From assembly GCF_037042905.1 (NCBI RefSeq), contig NC_087252.1, positions 17,796,001 through 17,860,000 on the forward strand: a stretch of 64,000 nucleotides of DNA. Reading direction: 5' to 3'. Under the pieces are notes generated by a model. The model was not told the origin of the DNA and did no database searches. It was given only the letters and a program-made list of their open reading frames with translations. Shown here one piece after another: positions 27,318 to 40,518 of the stretch (the stretch's first letter is position 1; every line of letters starts with the position of its first letter). A program made the translations under genes and the position numbers. Origin of the DNA: Lytechinus pictus (lineage: Eukaryota).

Positions 27318-28189
27318 TATAAGCTCCATATTTAAGAATAATCTAACAGGCAATGCGAGCGCGAAGTGTGAGCGAAAATTTTATATAGTGACATGAAATA
27401 TTCTTTTTATTTTCCAAGTCTTCCCCTCATCTTATTTCATTTACTCTGGTAAAACTTGACAAGCAAAAAAAAACAAAGGTTTTCACTCAAAATGTAAGGT
27501 CATTCAGTCCAAAATACATGTATTATTTCGAATGTGAATGATGCATTTTTCTCCATCATAAAAGACCAAAAATAGTAGGGGGACATTTGATATTGTGTCC
27601 CCCCTGGGATTTCCGTCCATGCTCCCGACCAGGCTAACTTAAGTGCCTTAAATGGATTTTGAATTATCTTATAATCACATTAAAAAAACCAAAGACCACT
27701 TTTTCATGTGTTCTTGAAAAAAAAAATCCATGAATATATAATGTAATATCAATGGGAGCGCGAAGCACGGGCGATTGGGGGGGGGGGGGTTCAATTTGGT
27801 TTAACTTCTAACCAGAGTAGGCCCTACTAGAATATTGTGTGAACGGGAGCTGTAGTTTCTGTACTGTTGTGTTAGAATACCCTTCAATAATATTAATGAT
27901 AACCTCTTGGGAATAATGCAATCTCGAAGCAATCGACTTATTCTCCTCATCAGTGGCGTATTTATTCAGCATGGGTGCACGGGGGGGGGGGGGTGGCGAG
28001 GGCACCAAGTTAAAAAAAATAAATGAAATGGGGGGGGGGTAGACGTCAAAGAAAATCTGAGATTTCATTCTTAAAAACAAATTGAGGTATCTCACAAGGC
28101 CTAAATAAATAATGAGAACGCGAAGTGCGATCTGTTTCATATTTTTATTGTTATAGATTTTTCATGTATTATATCCTGAAAGCCTAAGT

Positions 28190-30249
28190 CAGGGGCGGAC
28201 CCAGCTTCCGCCAATAGGTTGAGGGGCCATTTTTTCACCCATATTTTCCCCGATCGGCCGCTCAAAATTGATTTGTTTTTGGTTTCTTTGAAGGGGTTGT
28301 CCCAGTGCCGTAATGAGCCAACAATTTCGAGGGGGCTCGATATGGTGTATCGCATAAAATTAATAAGAAGTTGCCAGTGAGCGAAGCGAGCAAGCAAATA
28401 TGCTGACATTTTTATTACAAAAATACAAGGTTGTGGTAAATTTTGACATAATATTTGGAAAATAATATTATATTTCATCCTAATCCCTTTCCTTTTCTCT
28501 CTATTTTTTCTTAGTCTTGATTCTCTCTTATTTTTTTTTTTTTTTTTTTTTTTTGGGGGGGGAGGGGGCAAAACGCCCATGTCCTAACAGTCATTTCCTA
28601 GCTTTACTTTATAAGCAACATAAATGTGTAATAATCTCTTAAGCCCTATGTAATCTAAAAATAAAATTTCATGTATTTTGTCCTGAAAATTGAACATTTT
28701 GGGCAATGTTTGTGAACCTGAACAGGACGCGTTTGTAACTAGATAATTACCACGAGCGCGAAGCGCGAGCAGAAATGTTAAATATTCGTTCTGGCCTGGT
28801 CAAATAGGGTCCTGTTAAGGATGTTTTGCAGTTAGCCATTAAGACGATACATATTTCAACGATTAAATAATGAAAGCGCGAAGCGCAAGCTGAACATTTT
28901 TGATATTCCAACCTAAAAAGATGAGATTTCAAATCCCCCAATGGGACATTCGATTCATGTTAATTTGTCAATCATGAAAAAGGATGGGTAATTTTTGGTA
29001 TCTTCCTACAATGATAATGCGAGCGCAAAGCGCGAGCAGAAATTTTTTGATATTCTGATTCCAAACTGGATAATTTTAGCACGTTTTGAATAAGATCAAG
29101 CTTTGTATCTCAAAAACATGCGCGCGCGTGTTTTAGAGTTAGACAGAATCCTGGCAATCTGATAACATTTCATTTTTCATCATAAAAATCAATAATGCAA
29201 GCGCAGAGCCCGAGCTGAAAATAATATTTGAAATTCCGATATGAAAAGGGTCAATTTAAGCACTGTTTACAGCACTGTGTATATAGGGAAATTTGATAGC
29301 ACTATATAAATAATGCGAGCGCGAAGCGCGAGCTGATATTTTATTATTTATTTGACCTAGGATCGAGACATTTTAGGCCTAAGGACATTTTGTCATCATG
29401 AATGATGACTATCTTCTATTTCTTTTCCTAAGACTTGTTGATATTTATTTCTGAAAAAGGGACAATTATGAATTCATACAAATTTCATTTCATATTTATT
29501 AAACTGTTAAGCCTAATGAGTGTGCGAAATTTGTTGACAGTTCATGAGGCCTGAAAACTGGATATTTTAAGTATTTTTGTAATCATGAATAGGATTCATT
29601 GGTTGATATATTTTTAGCAAATAATGCGAGCGCAAATTGCGATCTGGATTTTTTAAATAGAATTAATATATAGGTATACATAACTCACCAATCAAAATGC
29701 GAGCGCACAGCGCTAGCTCATAGGCCTTTATTATTTTTTTTTACAATCGAGACACCTGAAAAGGTATATTTAGAGAATCTTATGTGAAATATAAAAAGAC
29801 AATAGGTAGGCCTACTTGGCAAATAGTGCGAGCGCACAAAATGTTGCAAATGTTGATTCAAACCATAAAACGGACATTTTCCAGAGCACTCAAAAACATA
29901 AATTGGTAAATAAAACAAAATAATGAAAGATCGATGTCCGAGCTGAATTATGTTTTGTATATTGATATCAAAACTTGATATTTTAAACTACATATCAGCC
30001 TATTGAGCAAGATATGTATCTCATCGAGCAGGCAATGCGAGCGCGATGCGCGAGCGAACTTTAATATAGTGACATTAAATATTTAAAAAAAATTGTTTTC
30101 CAAGTCTTCTCCTGACCTTATTTTATTCACTCGTCTTCCTCCTTTTATGTTTCGTCTTCTTTTTTCTCCTTTCTTTCCCCGTTTTTCACAATTAATTTGC
30201 TCTGTCAATAGGGGGGAGGTTGCCCTCGGGCGGCCTCGATCCGCCTATG
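28190..30249. mobile_element. ~2-kb non-autonomous DNA transposon of the GCGAGCGCGAAGCGCGAGC-motif family
   Basis: Termini CAGGGGCGGACCC / GATCCGCCTATG; near-TSD TAAGT/TTAGT; homologous in inverse orientation to 34413-36625. Confidence 0.65.
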
Positions 30250-31189
30250 TTAGTAGTTGTTATGATGAACACGATGCATATCTATTAAGAAATGAATGCG
30301 ACCGCGAAGTGCTAGCTGAAAACTTTTATAATGATGAAATGAAAAATACATTTTCAGTTGTCAGGTTAGAATATCAAATATTTTCAGCTTGTGCTGCTCG
30401 TTCGCATAAAAAACTGTAAGGTCGGGATGCGTATATGACTAAACAATTTATTGATGCCAGCGCGAAGCGCGAGCTCAATTTTGTATATACTGACTTAGGA
30501 AGGACTAAGGTATAATTCCTATTCTAATTGCTTGTCCTTTTTCTCTTCCTTTTTTCTGTTTTACCCCTTTTTTGCGCCACCATGGGGGGAGGGGGGGCAA
30601 AATCTTTGCCCCATGGATCGGCCTATGTATGTTGACTTGAAAACCACTAACACTTACATGTGGGATTGAGGCAGAGGATGTATACCTCATTAATCAAATA
30701 TTGCGAGCGCGTAGCGCGAGCTGAATTTGATAATAACCTTTTTTGTGACACTGAACAGGGTATCTATCTCGCTAAACAGACTTAAAACTCGGAAACATTG
30801 TTTTTTCTGTTATCGTAAAAAACGGGATATTTTAAATCAGCCGCATTAATTTAAGTTTTTTGGGCAGGACATATATTTTACTATAAACAATGAATTTGCA
30901 TGAAGTTCAAGGTCAATTTGGCGCCCTCGGTTGAACATAAACTTGGCGCCCCCATGTGAAATATAACTTTGCCCTCATCTCCCTCTCTGTATTTGTCGCA
31001 TTATGGTCAAAATTCAAATTAGCGCTCCCCTAGTTCGAACATCAATTCGGTGCCCCGCTAGATCGAACATCAATTCGGCGCCCCATAGTTCGAACGTCAT
31101 TTTGGCGCCATCAAATCGACGTCCAGGGGAGCGTTTCATGAAAGGACTTGTCGGACAAAAATGTTGATGAAACGCTCCCCAGGTCAACA

Positions 31190-31995
31190 TCTCCCTTTCT
31201 TTCTTTGTTCTTTCTCTTATCCTCATTCCCCTTCCTTCCTTTCTCTTTCTTTCTCTCTTTCTTTCCCCCTCTTCTTTTCCCCCTTTTCTTCTCTTTTCCC
31301 CCATCTTTTCTTTCCCCCTTTTCTTCTCTTTTTCTGTCTTTTCCTTCCCTCTTTTCCTCTCTATTTTCTCGTTTTTCCTCTCTTCCCCCTTACTCTCTTT
31401 TTTTTTCTTCTCTTTTCCTCTCTTCCTCTCTCTCTCTCTTTTCTTATTTTCTTCCCATCTTCCTCTCTCTTTAAATATTATTATCTTCCTTCCTCTTTTT
31501 TTCTTCTTTTCCCCCTTTCCGTTATTCTTTTCTTTTCTTTCTTTTCCCTCTTCCACTTTTTTCTCTTTCCCCCTTTACTTCTCCCTTTCTTTTTCTTTCC
31601 TTTCCCCCTTTTTTCTCTTTTATTTTTTTTTCTTCTCTCCCTCCCCTTCCTCCCTCTTTCTTCTCTTCTTTTCCCCTCTTCCTCTCTCTCTCTTTTTTCT
31701 TATCTTTCTTCCCATCTTCCTCTATTTAAATATTCTTCTCTTCCTTCCTCTTTTTTTTCCTTCTTTTTCCTCCTTTTCCTTTCTCCTTTCTTTTCTTCTC
31801 TTCTTTCTCCCTCCTCTTTTTTTCCTCTTCTTTCCCCTTTTCTTCTCCCTTTTTTTCTTTGTCTTTCCTTTTCCCTTTTTCTTCTCTTCTTCTCTTACTT
31901 TCTCCTTCTTACTCTCTTTTCTATTCTCTTCTTTTCCTATCTTCCTCTCTCTTTTTTTATTCTCTCTCTTTTCCCCTCTTCACCCCTCTTTTTTT
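31190..31995. repeat. Polypyrimidine (CT-rich) tract; paralogous tract at ~43450-44945
   Basis: Directly visible. Confidence 0.9.
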
Positions 31996-34412
31996 GAGCT
32001 GGGGGTTGGGGGGGGGGGGGGTGGTGAGGCAGTTCCCACTCGGCCCCCCCCCCCCATGGATCCGCACCTGATAGAACCCCATGGCCTCGTATCATTTGAC
32101 CTTTGGACCTCTCGATGACATTTGATATATCTGATCACACACTGCGGACTATCGGACCCGCGGTCTATCGGACCCGCGGACTATCGGACCCGCGGTCTAT
32201 AGGACCCGCGGACTAACGGACCCGCGGTCTATCGGACCCGCGGTCTATCGGGATGTCCCCAGAACACGAGCCCTCTCGCCTATGTAAAAATGGCTCCTCG
32301 TTGACCGCGCTGTCCTGTCTTTTCGCCTTTTAATACCGAAAAAGTCGAGAAGACGAGATTTGGAATCTCGCCTTCTCACCTTCTCATACCCGAGAAGTCG
32401 AGAAGACGAGATTTGAAATCTCGCTTTCTCATCTTCTCATACCCGAAAAGTCGACAATACGAGATTTAGAATCTCGCTTTCTCACCTTCTCATACCCTAG
32501 AAGTCGAGAAGACGAAGTTCGGAATCTCGCTTTCTCATCTTCACATACCCGAGAAGTCGAGAAGACGAGATTTAGAATCTCGCTTTCTCACCTTCTCATA
32601 CCCTAGAAGTCGAGAAGACGAGATTCGGAATCTCGCTTTCTCATCTTCACATACCCGAGAAGTCGAGAAGACGAGATTTAGAATCTCGCTTTCTCACCTT
32701 CTCATACCCTAGAAGTCGAGAAGACGAAGTTCGGAATCTCGCTTTCTCATCTTCACATACCCGAGAAGTCGAGAAGACGAGATTTAGAATCTCGCTTTCT
32801 CACCTTCTCATACCCTAGAAGTCGAGAAGACGAGATTCGGAATCTCGCTTTCTCATCTTCACCTACCCGAGAAGTCGAGAAGACGAGATTTAGAATCTCG
32901 CTTTCTCACCTTCACATACCCGAGAAGTCGAGAAGACGAGATTTGGAATCTCGCTTTCTCACCTTCACATACCCGAGAAGTCGAGAAGACGAGATTTAGA
33001 ATCTCGCTTTCTCATCTTCACATACCAGAGAAGTCGGGAAGACGAGATTTGGAATCTCGCTTTATCGCCTTCTGGTATCCGAGAAGTCGAGAAGACGAGA
33101 TTTGGAACTTCACCGTCTCGCCTTATTGGACAAAAAAGGCTGAGAAGACGAGATACCGGATCACACCTTCTCGCTTTATCGGACCCAAAAAGTCGAGAAG
33201 ACGAGGAATTATCTCGTCATCTCGGTGGCACTTTTAAGCTTCCGTGCTTTTCAGCTCGAAAAAAATTAAATATTTTGCTTAAGCATATTCTTTTGGTTGG
33301 CTAGCTTTTGCTTGTGCTTGAAGCAATTGTTTCCTGACCCCTTGGTTCTAGTTAATAAATTTATATATACAGTTGCCATTCAGTTTGCACTGCCTAGGAA
33401 GAAAACATTTACATTTAGGCTACTGTAACATTTGGGGTTGGGAGCCCCAACTACCCGTTCTGCCTTCCCCTACCCCTACTACCTTGCTTCTTGAGGAAAT
33501 TTTCACATTCAAATTAAAATTCATTTTATTCATATCCATCGAAATATGAACAAAATCAGGAATATCATCAATACAAGAAAAGTCAATATTATAACTTCAG
33601 GAAAAAGGTAAAACCAACAGCAAATGCTTGATCTTACTAGCAAAAGCATTTGCTTGCTCATTTTTATGCATATGTAATGAAGCAAAAGCCTAGCAAAAGC
33701 ATTTGTTATTGATTATGCATCTGACCCAATATAGGCCGAAAGTAGCAATTGCTTTTGTTAGGCTTTTGCTTAGCTTTTGCTTAATATTCCGTACGCATAA
33801 AAATGAGCGAGCAAAAGCTCAAGCAATTTCTAATATATCATCGTTTGCTTCACGATCAAGCTATTGCTAAAAAGCATATGCATAAAACGAATATTTTGCT
33901 TGTGCGTTTAAGCATTTGCTTGTGCTTTATCTAGTACCTTCAGAGCAGCTTGAGCGTTTACTCGATCAGCCCGTTCGCGTAACTGAGAGAGAACCAAAAG
34001 GTGTACAGAAGCCTGAAGTCTGAGGAAAGATGGAGGAGAGAAAATGTATTTTGCACTACCACACTTTTGCGTTCGAGCCCCGCTTTTGTTCTGTGAGTCG
34101 TGTTCGCACTATACAAATTTATTTGAAAGCAAGTCATGGGGTTGCTTTTGCATTTTCCTAAGTTGATATTGAAGGATTTTGTGAAATTTTTCAGATTTCA
34201 ACGTTGACGACGCTCTGGTTCTGCTATATGCAGACGAGGCAAATGATGGGGCCTTACACTGCGTATGCCTATCTGCCTATGGAGCAATTGAAACATTCTA
34301 AACACCGGCAAGAAAGCAATTTTGTTTAGCGTTTTAACCCTAAAAAGACTGGGATATTTGAGATGTATTGAGGACCGAGATAAGAAGGGGACCATGATGC
34401 CCCCTTCTAATC

Positions 34413-36625
34413 CATAGGCGGATCCAGGGGGCCCGAGGGGCCCGCCCCCCCCCCCTATTGGCGGAGCAAAAAAAAAGGGGGGAAAAGAAAGAAAAAAAAA
34501 GAAAAAGGAGGGAAAAGAGAGGAGAAAAGGGATAGGAGGAAGACGAGTGAATAAAATAAGATGAGGGGAAGACTTGGAAAATAAAAGGAATCTTTCATGT
34601 CACTACAAAAAAAATTTCGCTCGCGTTTCACGCTCGCATTGCTTGTTAGGTGATTTTGTTCAATGAACGTTATCTTGTTCAATAAGGAGTTTAAATATCA
34701 AGTTTGGAAGTCAATATACAAAAAATATTCCATCTATAAAAATCGAACTTTCATTATTTTGTGAGATTTACTAAATGATTTTTAAAATTGCTTTGGAAAA
34801 AATATCAGTTTTATGGACTGAATATTGACATTTTCTACTCGCGCTGCATGCACGCTAGCAAATTTTGATTTATCAGGTACCTATTATTTTCGTGTATTCC
34901 ATAAAGTTGTCAAAATATCCCTTTTCAGGTTTGATTGTTAAAACGTATCAGCTAGCGCTGCACGCTCGCATTTTGATGGTCGAATTATGTATGTCTCAAT
35001 ATTGATTACATTATAAACTGCTTAAAATCCACTTTTCATGACAGTGTATAAAAAACTTAGGCTCGCAGTTTTTGCTCGCATTAATGGTTAAAGATATTTT
35101 AAGTGATGCATCCATTTTGCAAAAGTGCTTTAGATGTCCAGTTTTCAGGCCATAATACCATCAGATTTCGCGCCCTCATTAGGCATTAATGAATAAGATA
35201 TCAATTTATTTATAATTGAAATGTCCATTTTGTTTCATCTCGCGCTTAGCAAGAGGAATAGAAAAACATTCATCTTTTTCATAATTATGATGACATGTCC
35301 TATCCGGTGTCCTATGTCCTATGTCAAAACTCAAAGCAATTATAATGAAAAATATTAGCTCTTTATCAAGTGCGACCCATATCCACCTCATTATTTTCCT
35401 ACAAAGTGCTTGAAATAGAATGCTGAAATTGAGATCGGAATATCAAATAGTTTAAGCTCGCGCTTCGCGCTCGCTTTTATTTTCATAATAAAATGTGTAT
35501 TTACAATGCCCAGATTCTAGGTCTAAATATTAAACACGCGCGCACATTTTTATTCAGATCCTCAACTTGTTCTCTATCTAAATCATTATCCAGTTTCAGA
35601 TGACAATAAAAAAAAATTTCTGCTCGCGCTTTGTGCTCGCATTATTGATGTAGGAAGATCCCCTTTACTCATTATTTTCATTATTTACAAAACATGAATA
35701 GAGTGTCCCGTTTTGGGGTCTTAATATCGAATTCTTTCCGCTCGCATCAATGTTTAGTTATATAGCTATCCTGTTCACGATTACGCAAATTGATTGAAAT
35801 TTTCCATTCTTTATGCAGAAATGTCAAAAATTTTCAGCTCGCGCTTCGCGCTCGCATTATTTGATTGTTGAAATATGTAACGTCTTAATGGCTAAGTGCA
35901 AGCAGTCCTTAACAGGTACTTTTTATATCAGTTTAAAACGTATATGAAAATTTACTGCTCGCGCTTTGCGCTCGCATTATTAATGTAAGGAACATCCCAA
36001 TTTGCTCATCCTTGTCATGATTTACAAAACATGAATATAAAGTGTCTCGTTCAGAAGGTCTAAATCTCGAAAATTTTCGGCTCGCGCTTCGCGCTCGCAT
36101 CAATTGTTTAGTTATATACCTATTCTGTTTAAGTTACAGAAAGTGCTGAGAATTTCCGTTCTTTAGGTAAAAATGTCAAAAAATTTTAGCTCGCGCTTTG
36201 CGCTCGCATTATTTGATTTCTAAAATATGTAACGTATTCCTGGCTAAACTGCATACAGTCTTTAACAAGCACCTTTTCCATCAGTTCATTTCTGCTCGCG
36301 CTTCGCGTTCGTAGTAATTATTTAGTTGCATACACATCTTTTTCAGGATAACAAACATTGTCCAGAATGTTCATATTTTAGGAAAAAATGCATAAGATTT
36401 CCAAAAAATTTAGCTCGCGCTTCGCGCTTGCATTATATAGATAAGGATTATGATATTATATATTTATGTTGATTTATAAGAATAAAGCTAAGAAGTGACT
36501 ATTCGGATTACCCCTTAAAAAAACCAAAAATCATCTTAGAGCGGCCGATCGGGGAAAATATGGCTGAAAAAAAATTCCGCCCCCCCCCCCCCCCCCGCTA
36601 TTGGCGAAGGCTGGGTCTGCCCCTG
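34413..36625. mobile_element. 2.2-kb non-autonomous DNA transposon with 5-bp TSD (GCGAAGC-motif family)
   Basis: Termini CATAGGCGGATCCAG / CTGGGTCTGCCCCTG; TSD TAATC at 34408-34412 and 36626-36630; many GCTCGCGCTTCGCGCTCGC motifs. Confidence 0.75.
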
Positions 36626-37166
36626 TAATCTCGGCCACCGTTCACGCGATCGAAGTTAAATTTTGCACGCACATTCCTTACCAAAAGAAACTACTAGCCA
36701 TTTTTTTATATTGAAAATAAGTATCTGTATATCAACTATGGATAAAATATACATATTTATTCGTAAAAAAAATTATTTGCATATTTAACACTCAGTTTTA
36801 CTTCAAACTTTCATTTTTAAAGATGAAATCTATGCAATTTTATTTAAAGGTTTCCGGAAAAATAAATTGCGAAAGCCAAATTATTCCGTATGTATTTCTC
36901 TCTTTTTAAATTTCCTATTCATTTCTGTGTCTTTCATCTTTTTCTTTCTTCAATGGAAATTATTACAGACTATTTAAAACCTAAATTAAACCCTCAATTA
37001 ATCAAGCAGACCAATTAGAAGGGAGACTAATCGCCCTTTTATGAATTTCATCTTCGTCAGAATTTGTACACAACGTATAAATATGAGCCATTTCCTGTTT
37101 AACATTGTCTCGTAAAAACTCACGTGGCATTGCGATGCTATACCCGTAGGTCGAATTTGTCTTTAA

Positions 37167-37755
37167 AGGAGAATGAAACCCTTGAAACCAGCTGAATCCA
37201 TATCAAAGAGAAAAATCAAAGAAACATATTGTTGAAAGTTTGAGGAAGATTGAATGAATAATAAGAAAGTTATGAGCATTTGAATATTAAGATCACTAAT
37301 GCCATGTAGATCCTCCCATTGGCAATGCGACCAAGATCTGTGATGTCACACACGTACAACTCCCTCATAACTTTAGTACTTATGTCACTTATATTCTCAC
37401 TTTTATAGAGTCTATCACAAGGTGAGGTGTTCTCTTTATGAGAGGACAAGTACAGAGGTTTCACAACATTATATCATTGATGAATCGTTTGTCATATGAT
37501 TAGAATGAGCAAAAAGAGATGTTTTGGGGTATATTTTCAGTGTCCAAAAGGGGAGAGTTGTTCATCTGTGATCTGTGATCATAGATCTTGGTCGCATTGC
37601 CAATGGGAGGATCTCCATAGCATTAGTGATGTCGACATTCAAATGCTCATAACTCTTCTATTGCTAGTCCTATTTTACTCAAACTTTTGTTGATCTTATT
37701 CTTTGATTTTCCTGCTTTCACAAAAGCTAACTTGCTCCAAGAGTTTCATTCTCCT
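37167..37755. mobile_element. Kolobok-like non-autonomous element (TTAA TSD)
   Basis: TTAA|AGGAGAATGAAAC.. / ..GTTTCATTCTCCT|TTAA with long imperfect subterminal inverted repeats. Confidence 0.8.
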
Positions 37756-38698
37756 TTAAGAAATGCACGAGACATGAAAAAAAGTCATACAATTTTGCGG
37801 CGCTTTTTTTTTTCGTTCTTGGGATTTTGGTGATATAATTTACCAATGCAAAATTCACCCCTTTCCCTTTCATTTTCTTATTTTCCTTAATTGCTTCTTC
37901 TTAGTTATGGATTTGTTTAGTGATATTTTGACAATATTTTTTAATTTCACTTCAAATTAGTATTGCGAAGAATATTACCAAACAAATGGGATAATGAGTG
38001 ACAAAAGGAACCGTTAAATGCAATTTTACGCAGAAACCAGTTAATACCCTTTTCAAAAATGATGCCACTAATTCAGGTGGTCGATAAGGGTTATGAGGCT
38101 GCAAGCCACGCAAAATGAGACAAAAAATACCTGAATACACCCTCACAATCATAAAGTGCACTTTTCATGTAGTAAAGTGCCCAAAACGTTGTAATTTCAC
38201 ACAATTTCGCGTGATATCTCATCCATTTAAATCTTTGTTTCCTATAAAACACACGTTTTCCAGCTTAGCACAATATTCATGATAATAAGGTATCTCTGTT
38301 TAATATTTACCGTTTGAAAAGTGAATGGAAGATAAAAAAAACATGAACAACATTTTAAAGGGACTCATTCATCTTCATCAGAATCAGCATAAAGTTAGAT
38401 AATGTATATGGCCTACCATTTCTTGTAGTAGTAGTAGTATTAGTAGTAGTAGCAGTAGTAGTAATAATAATAATAATCATAATTATAAGCATTCATATGG
38501 CGCCATCTATCTAGGAATATCCGATCCCGAGGCACACAAGAAAAAGAAAGAATGAGAGAGTTTGGATGAGTGTCAAAGTGCCAAGAACTATTGTTAAAAT
38601 ATTAGCTTCAGTTTAGATTTGAAAGTCTCTAGTGATGATATAATTATTCTTAGATTCAATGGAAAATTATTCCAAAGAGAATGGTACTAGCACGATTG

Positions 38699-39206
38699 CA
38701 GGGGCGGCAGAACAAGGGGGGGGGGGGAGGCAGGGGGGCACCCCCAATAAAAAAAATCCCCTCTTTCAAAAATGGAATGTGTCCTTTTTCAAATGATATA
38801 CCCTATTTGAAGTAAAACACAATACATTTTCGGTTAGAAAATCGTAATAATTTTGGGCTCGCGTTCGCATCAATTAATGTTTAGTAAAGTACTAATTTTA
38901 TTCTTGGTTACAAAAAGTGCTAAGACTTTCCAGTTTTTAGGTTGGAATATATCATAAATTTTTAGCTCGCACTTGGTGCTCACATTAATTGATTGGTGAG
39001 ATATTGATCAGTCTCTAAATGCAGTCCTTATCAGGTTCCCTTTCTGGTCAGTAAATAACTTAATTACTACAAAACACACACCTACTTCAAGCAGATGATA
39101 ATCCTACGGAGAAAATATCCGTTTGCTCCAAAATGCCAATTTTGACATATAAGTGCCCTTTTGGAGCTTTGATCCCCCCAAACGAAAATAGGGTCCGCCG
39201 CCCCAG
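38699..39206. mobile_element. hAT-like MITE
   Basis: CAGGGGCGGC.. / ..GCCGCCCCAG; 8-bp TSD CACGATTG/CACGGTTG. Confidence 0.7.
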
Positions 39207-39358
39207 CACGGTTGTTCATGCATAGGGGGAAAAAAACATTTTAAAAATAGATTTTATCGTTATATTGAGATTTAGACGTCGTGTAATATTTCACTTTTTT
39301 GCCCTTTATTTTTTTCTTTATTGGTCGTAAATATTTTAGGGGTTCCAAAACCATCCTA

Positions 39359-39691
39359 CACACTAAGAACTATATGTTCAAAATTGAACCCCGAAAGGTT
39401 GATGCAAAATCAGTACCCTATGGGTTCAAAATTGAACCCCTGATTTGGGGTTAAAAAACTGAACCCTGCGGTTGGGGTTCATTTTTGCACCCTGCATGTT
39501 AAAAACTGCACCCCTAAATTTAAATTGAACCCCAGGGGTGCAGTTTTGAACCCGCAGGGTGCAAAAATGAACCCCGACCGCAGGGTTCAATTTTTGAACC
39601 CCAAATCAGGGGTTCAATTTTTGAACCCAAAGGGTGCTGATTTTTCATCAACCTTTCGGGGTTCAATTTTAAACATTTATTTCTTAGTGTG
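39359..39691. mobile_element. Fully palindromic CAC-terminal MITE with TA TSD
   Basis: TA|CACACTAAGAA.. / ..TTCTTAGTGTG|TA; ~155-bp arms built from TGAACCCC/GGGGTTCA motifs. Confidence 0.8.
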
Positions 39692-40279
39692 TAAGCCCCC
39701 TCCCTATCTGTCCGCCATTGCGGAAAAAGTCAAGTATGTAGTACTAAAATATTCATGCTTTTAGCTAGGGTATCACTTTGTTCATCGTTACAGGTAATGC
39801 AGAAAAATGCGGGTATATTTTACATGATAACATATTTATAATTACCAGTTAAACATATACATAAGTACGTTTTGACCTTCGAAAGAGCAAACAGCTCCCT
39901 TATTTTTTTTTAGTCCAGTTTTGTATTAGTTTTTATCATATGAGTTCACGATGATTCGGTTCCTTGTTTTAATCTCATATTAAAGAATTCGAGAGAAGAC
40001 GACGACTGCCTAATGTCTATCACCCCAAACCAAACGAAGATGTTACCAAACTTCTTAATATGCTAGAGGCAGATCACCAGGAAGATTGAGTGAGTACTTT
40101 AAAATCTATATAAAAAAATAAAGTTCACCCAAACAAAAACTTAAATGGAATAAAATGATAAAAATCCAGCGAACTAAGCACTGAAAACGTCATTAATTTC
40201 GGGGGTGAATACGAAAGTTATGACATTCTTAATTTTGGATTAATTTCACAAAACAGTTATATGAACATCCAGGTCGGTA

Positions 40280-40518
40280 CACTGTAAAAACTGTGGTGTT
40301 AAAACTGACACCAGTTGGTGTTAATAGAGGACCACACCCTGAGGTGTTAAAAATACACCCTAGAGATTGAACATAACACCAAAGAGTGTAAATATAACAA
40401 CCAAAGGTGTTGTAATAACACCTATGGGTGTAAAACTAACACCACCAATTTAACACTGGTGTAAAACAACTGGTGTGGTCCTCTATGTACACCGGTTAAC
40501 ACCACAGTTTTTGCTGTG
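40280..40518. mobile_element. CACT-terminal MITE with TA TSD (EnSpm/CMC-like)
   Basis: TIR CACTGTAAAAACTGTGGTGTTAA (2 mismatches). The empty site GGTCGGTATGAAA is present in the duplicate at ~46560. Confidence 0.85.

Larger units (their letters stand above)
23575..32070. mobile_element. 8.5-kb hAT-like non-autonomous element swollen by nested insertions
   Basis: Termini CAGGCGCGGATCC / GGATCCGCACCTG; perfect 8-bp TSD ATAGAACC (23567-23574, 32071-32078). Confidence 0.75.
21940..33246. mobile_element. 11.3-kb IS3EU-like composite/foldback element with long inverted arms and 6-bp TSD
   Basis: Arms 21940-22710 and ~32268-33246 are near-identical inverted copies (TACGGAAGCTTAAAAGTGCCACCG.. / ..CTTTTAAGCTTCCGTG). 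CTTTTC flanks both ends (21934-21939, 33247-33252). Arms contain 53-bp tandem units. Confidence 0.8.
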
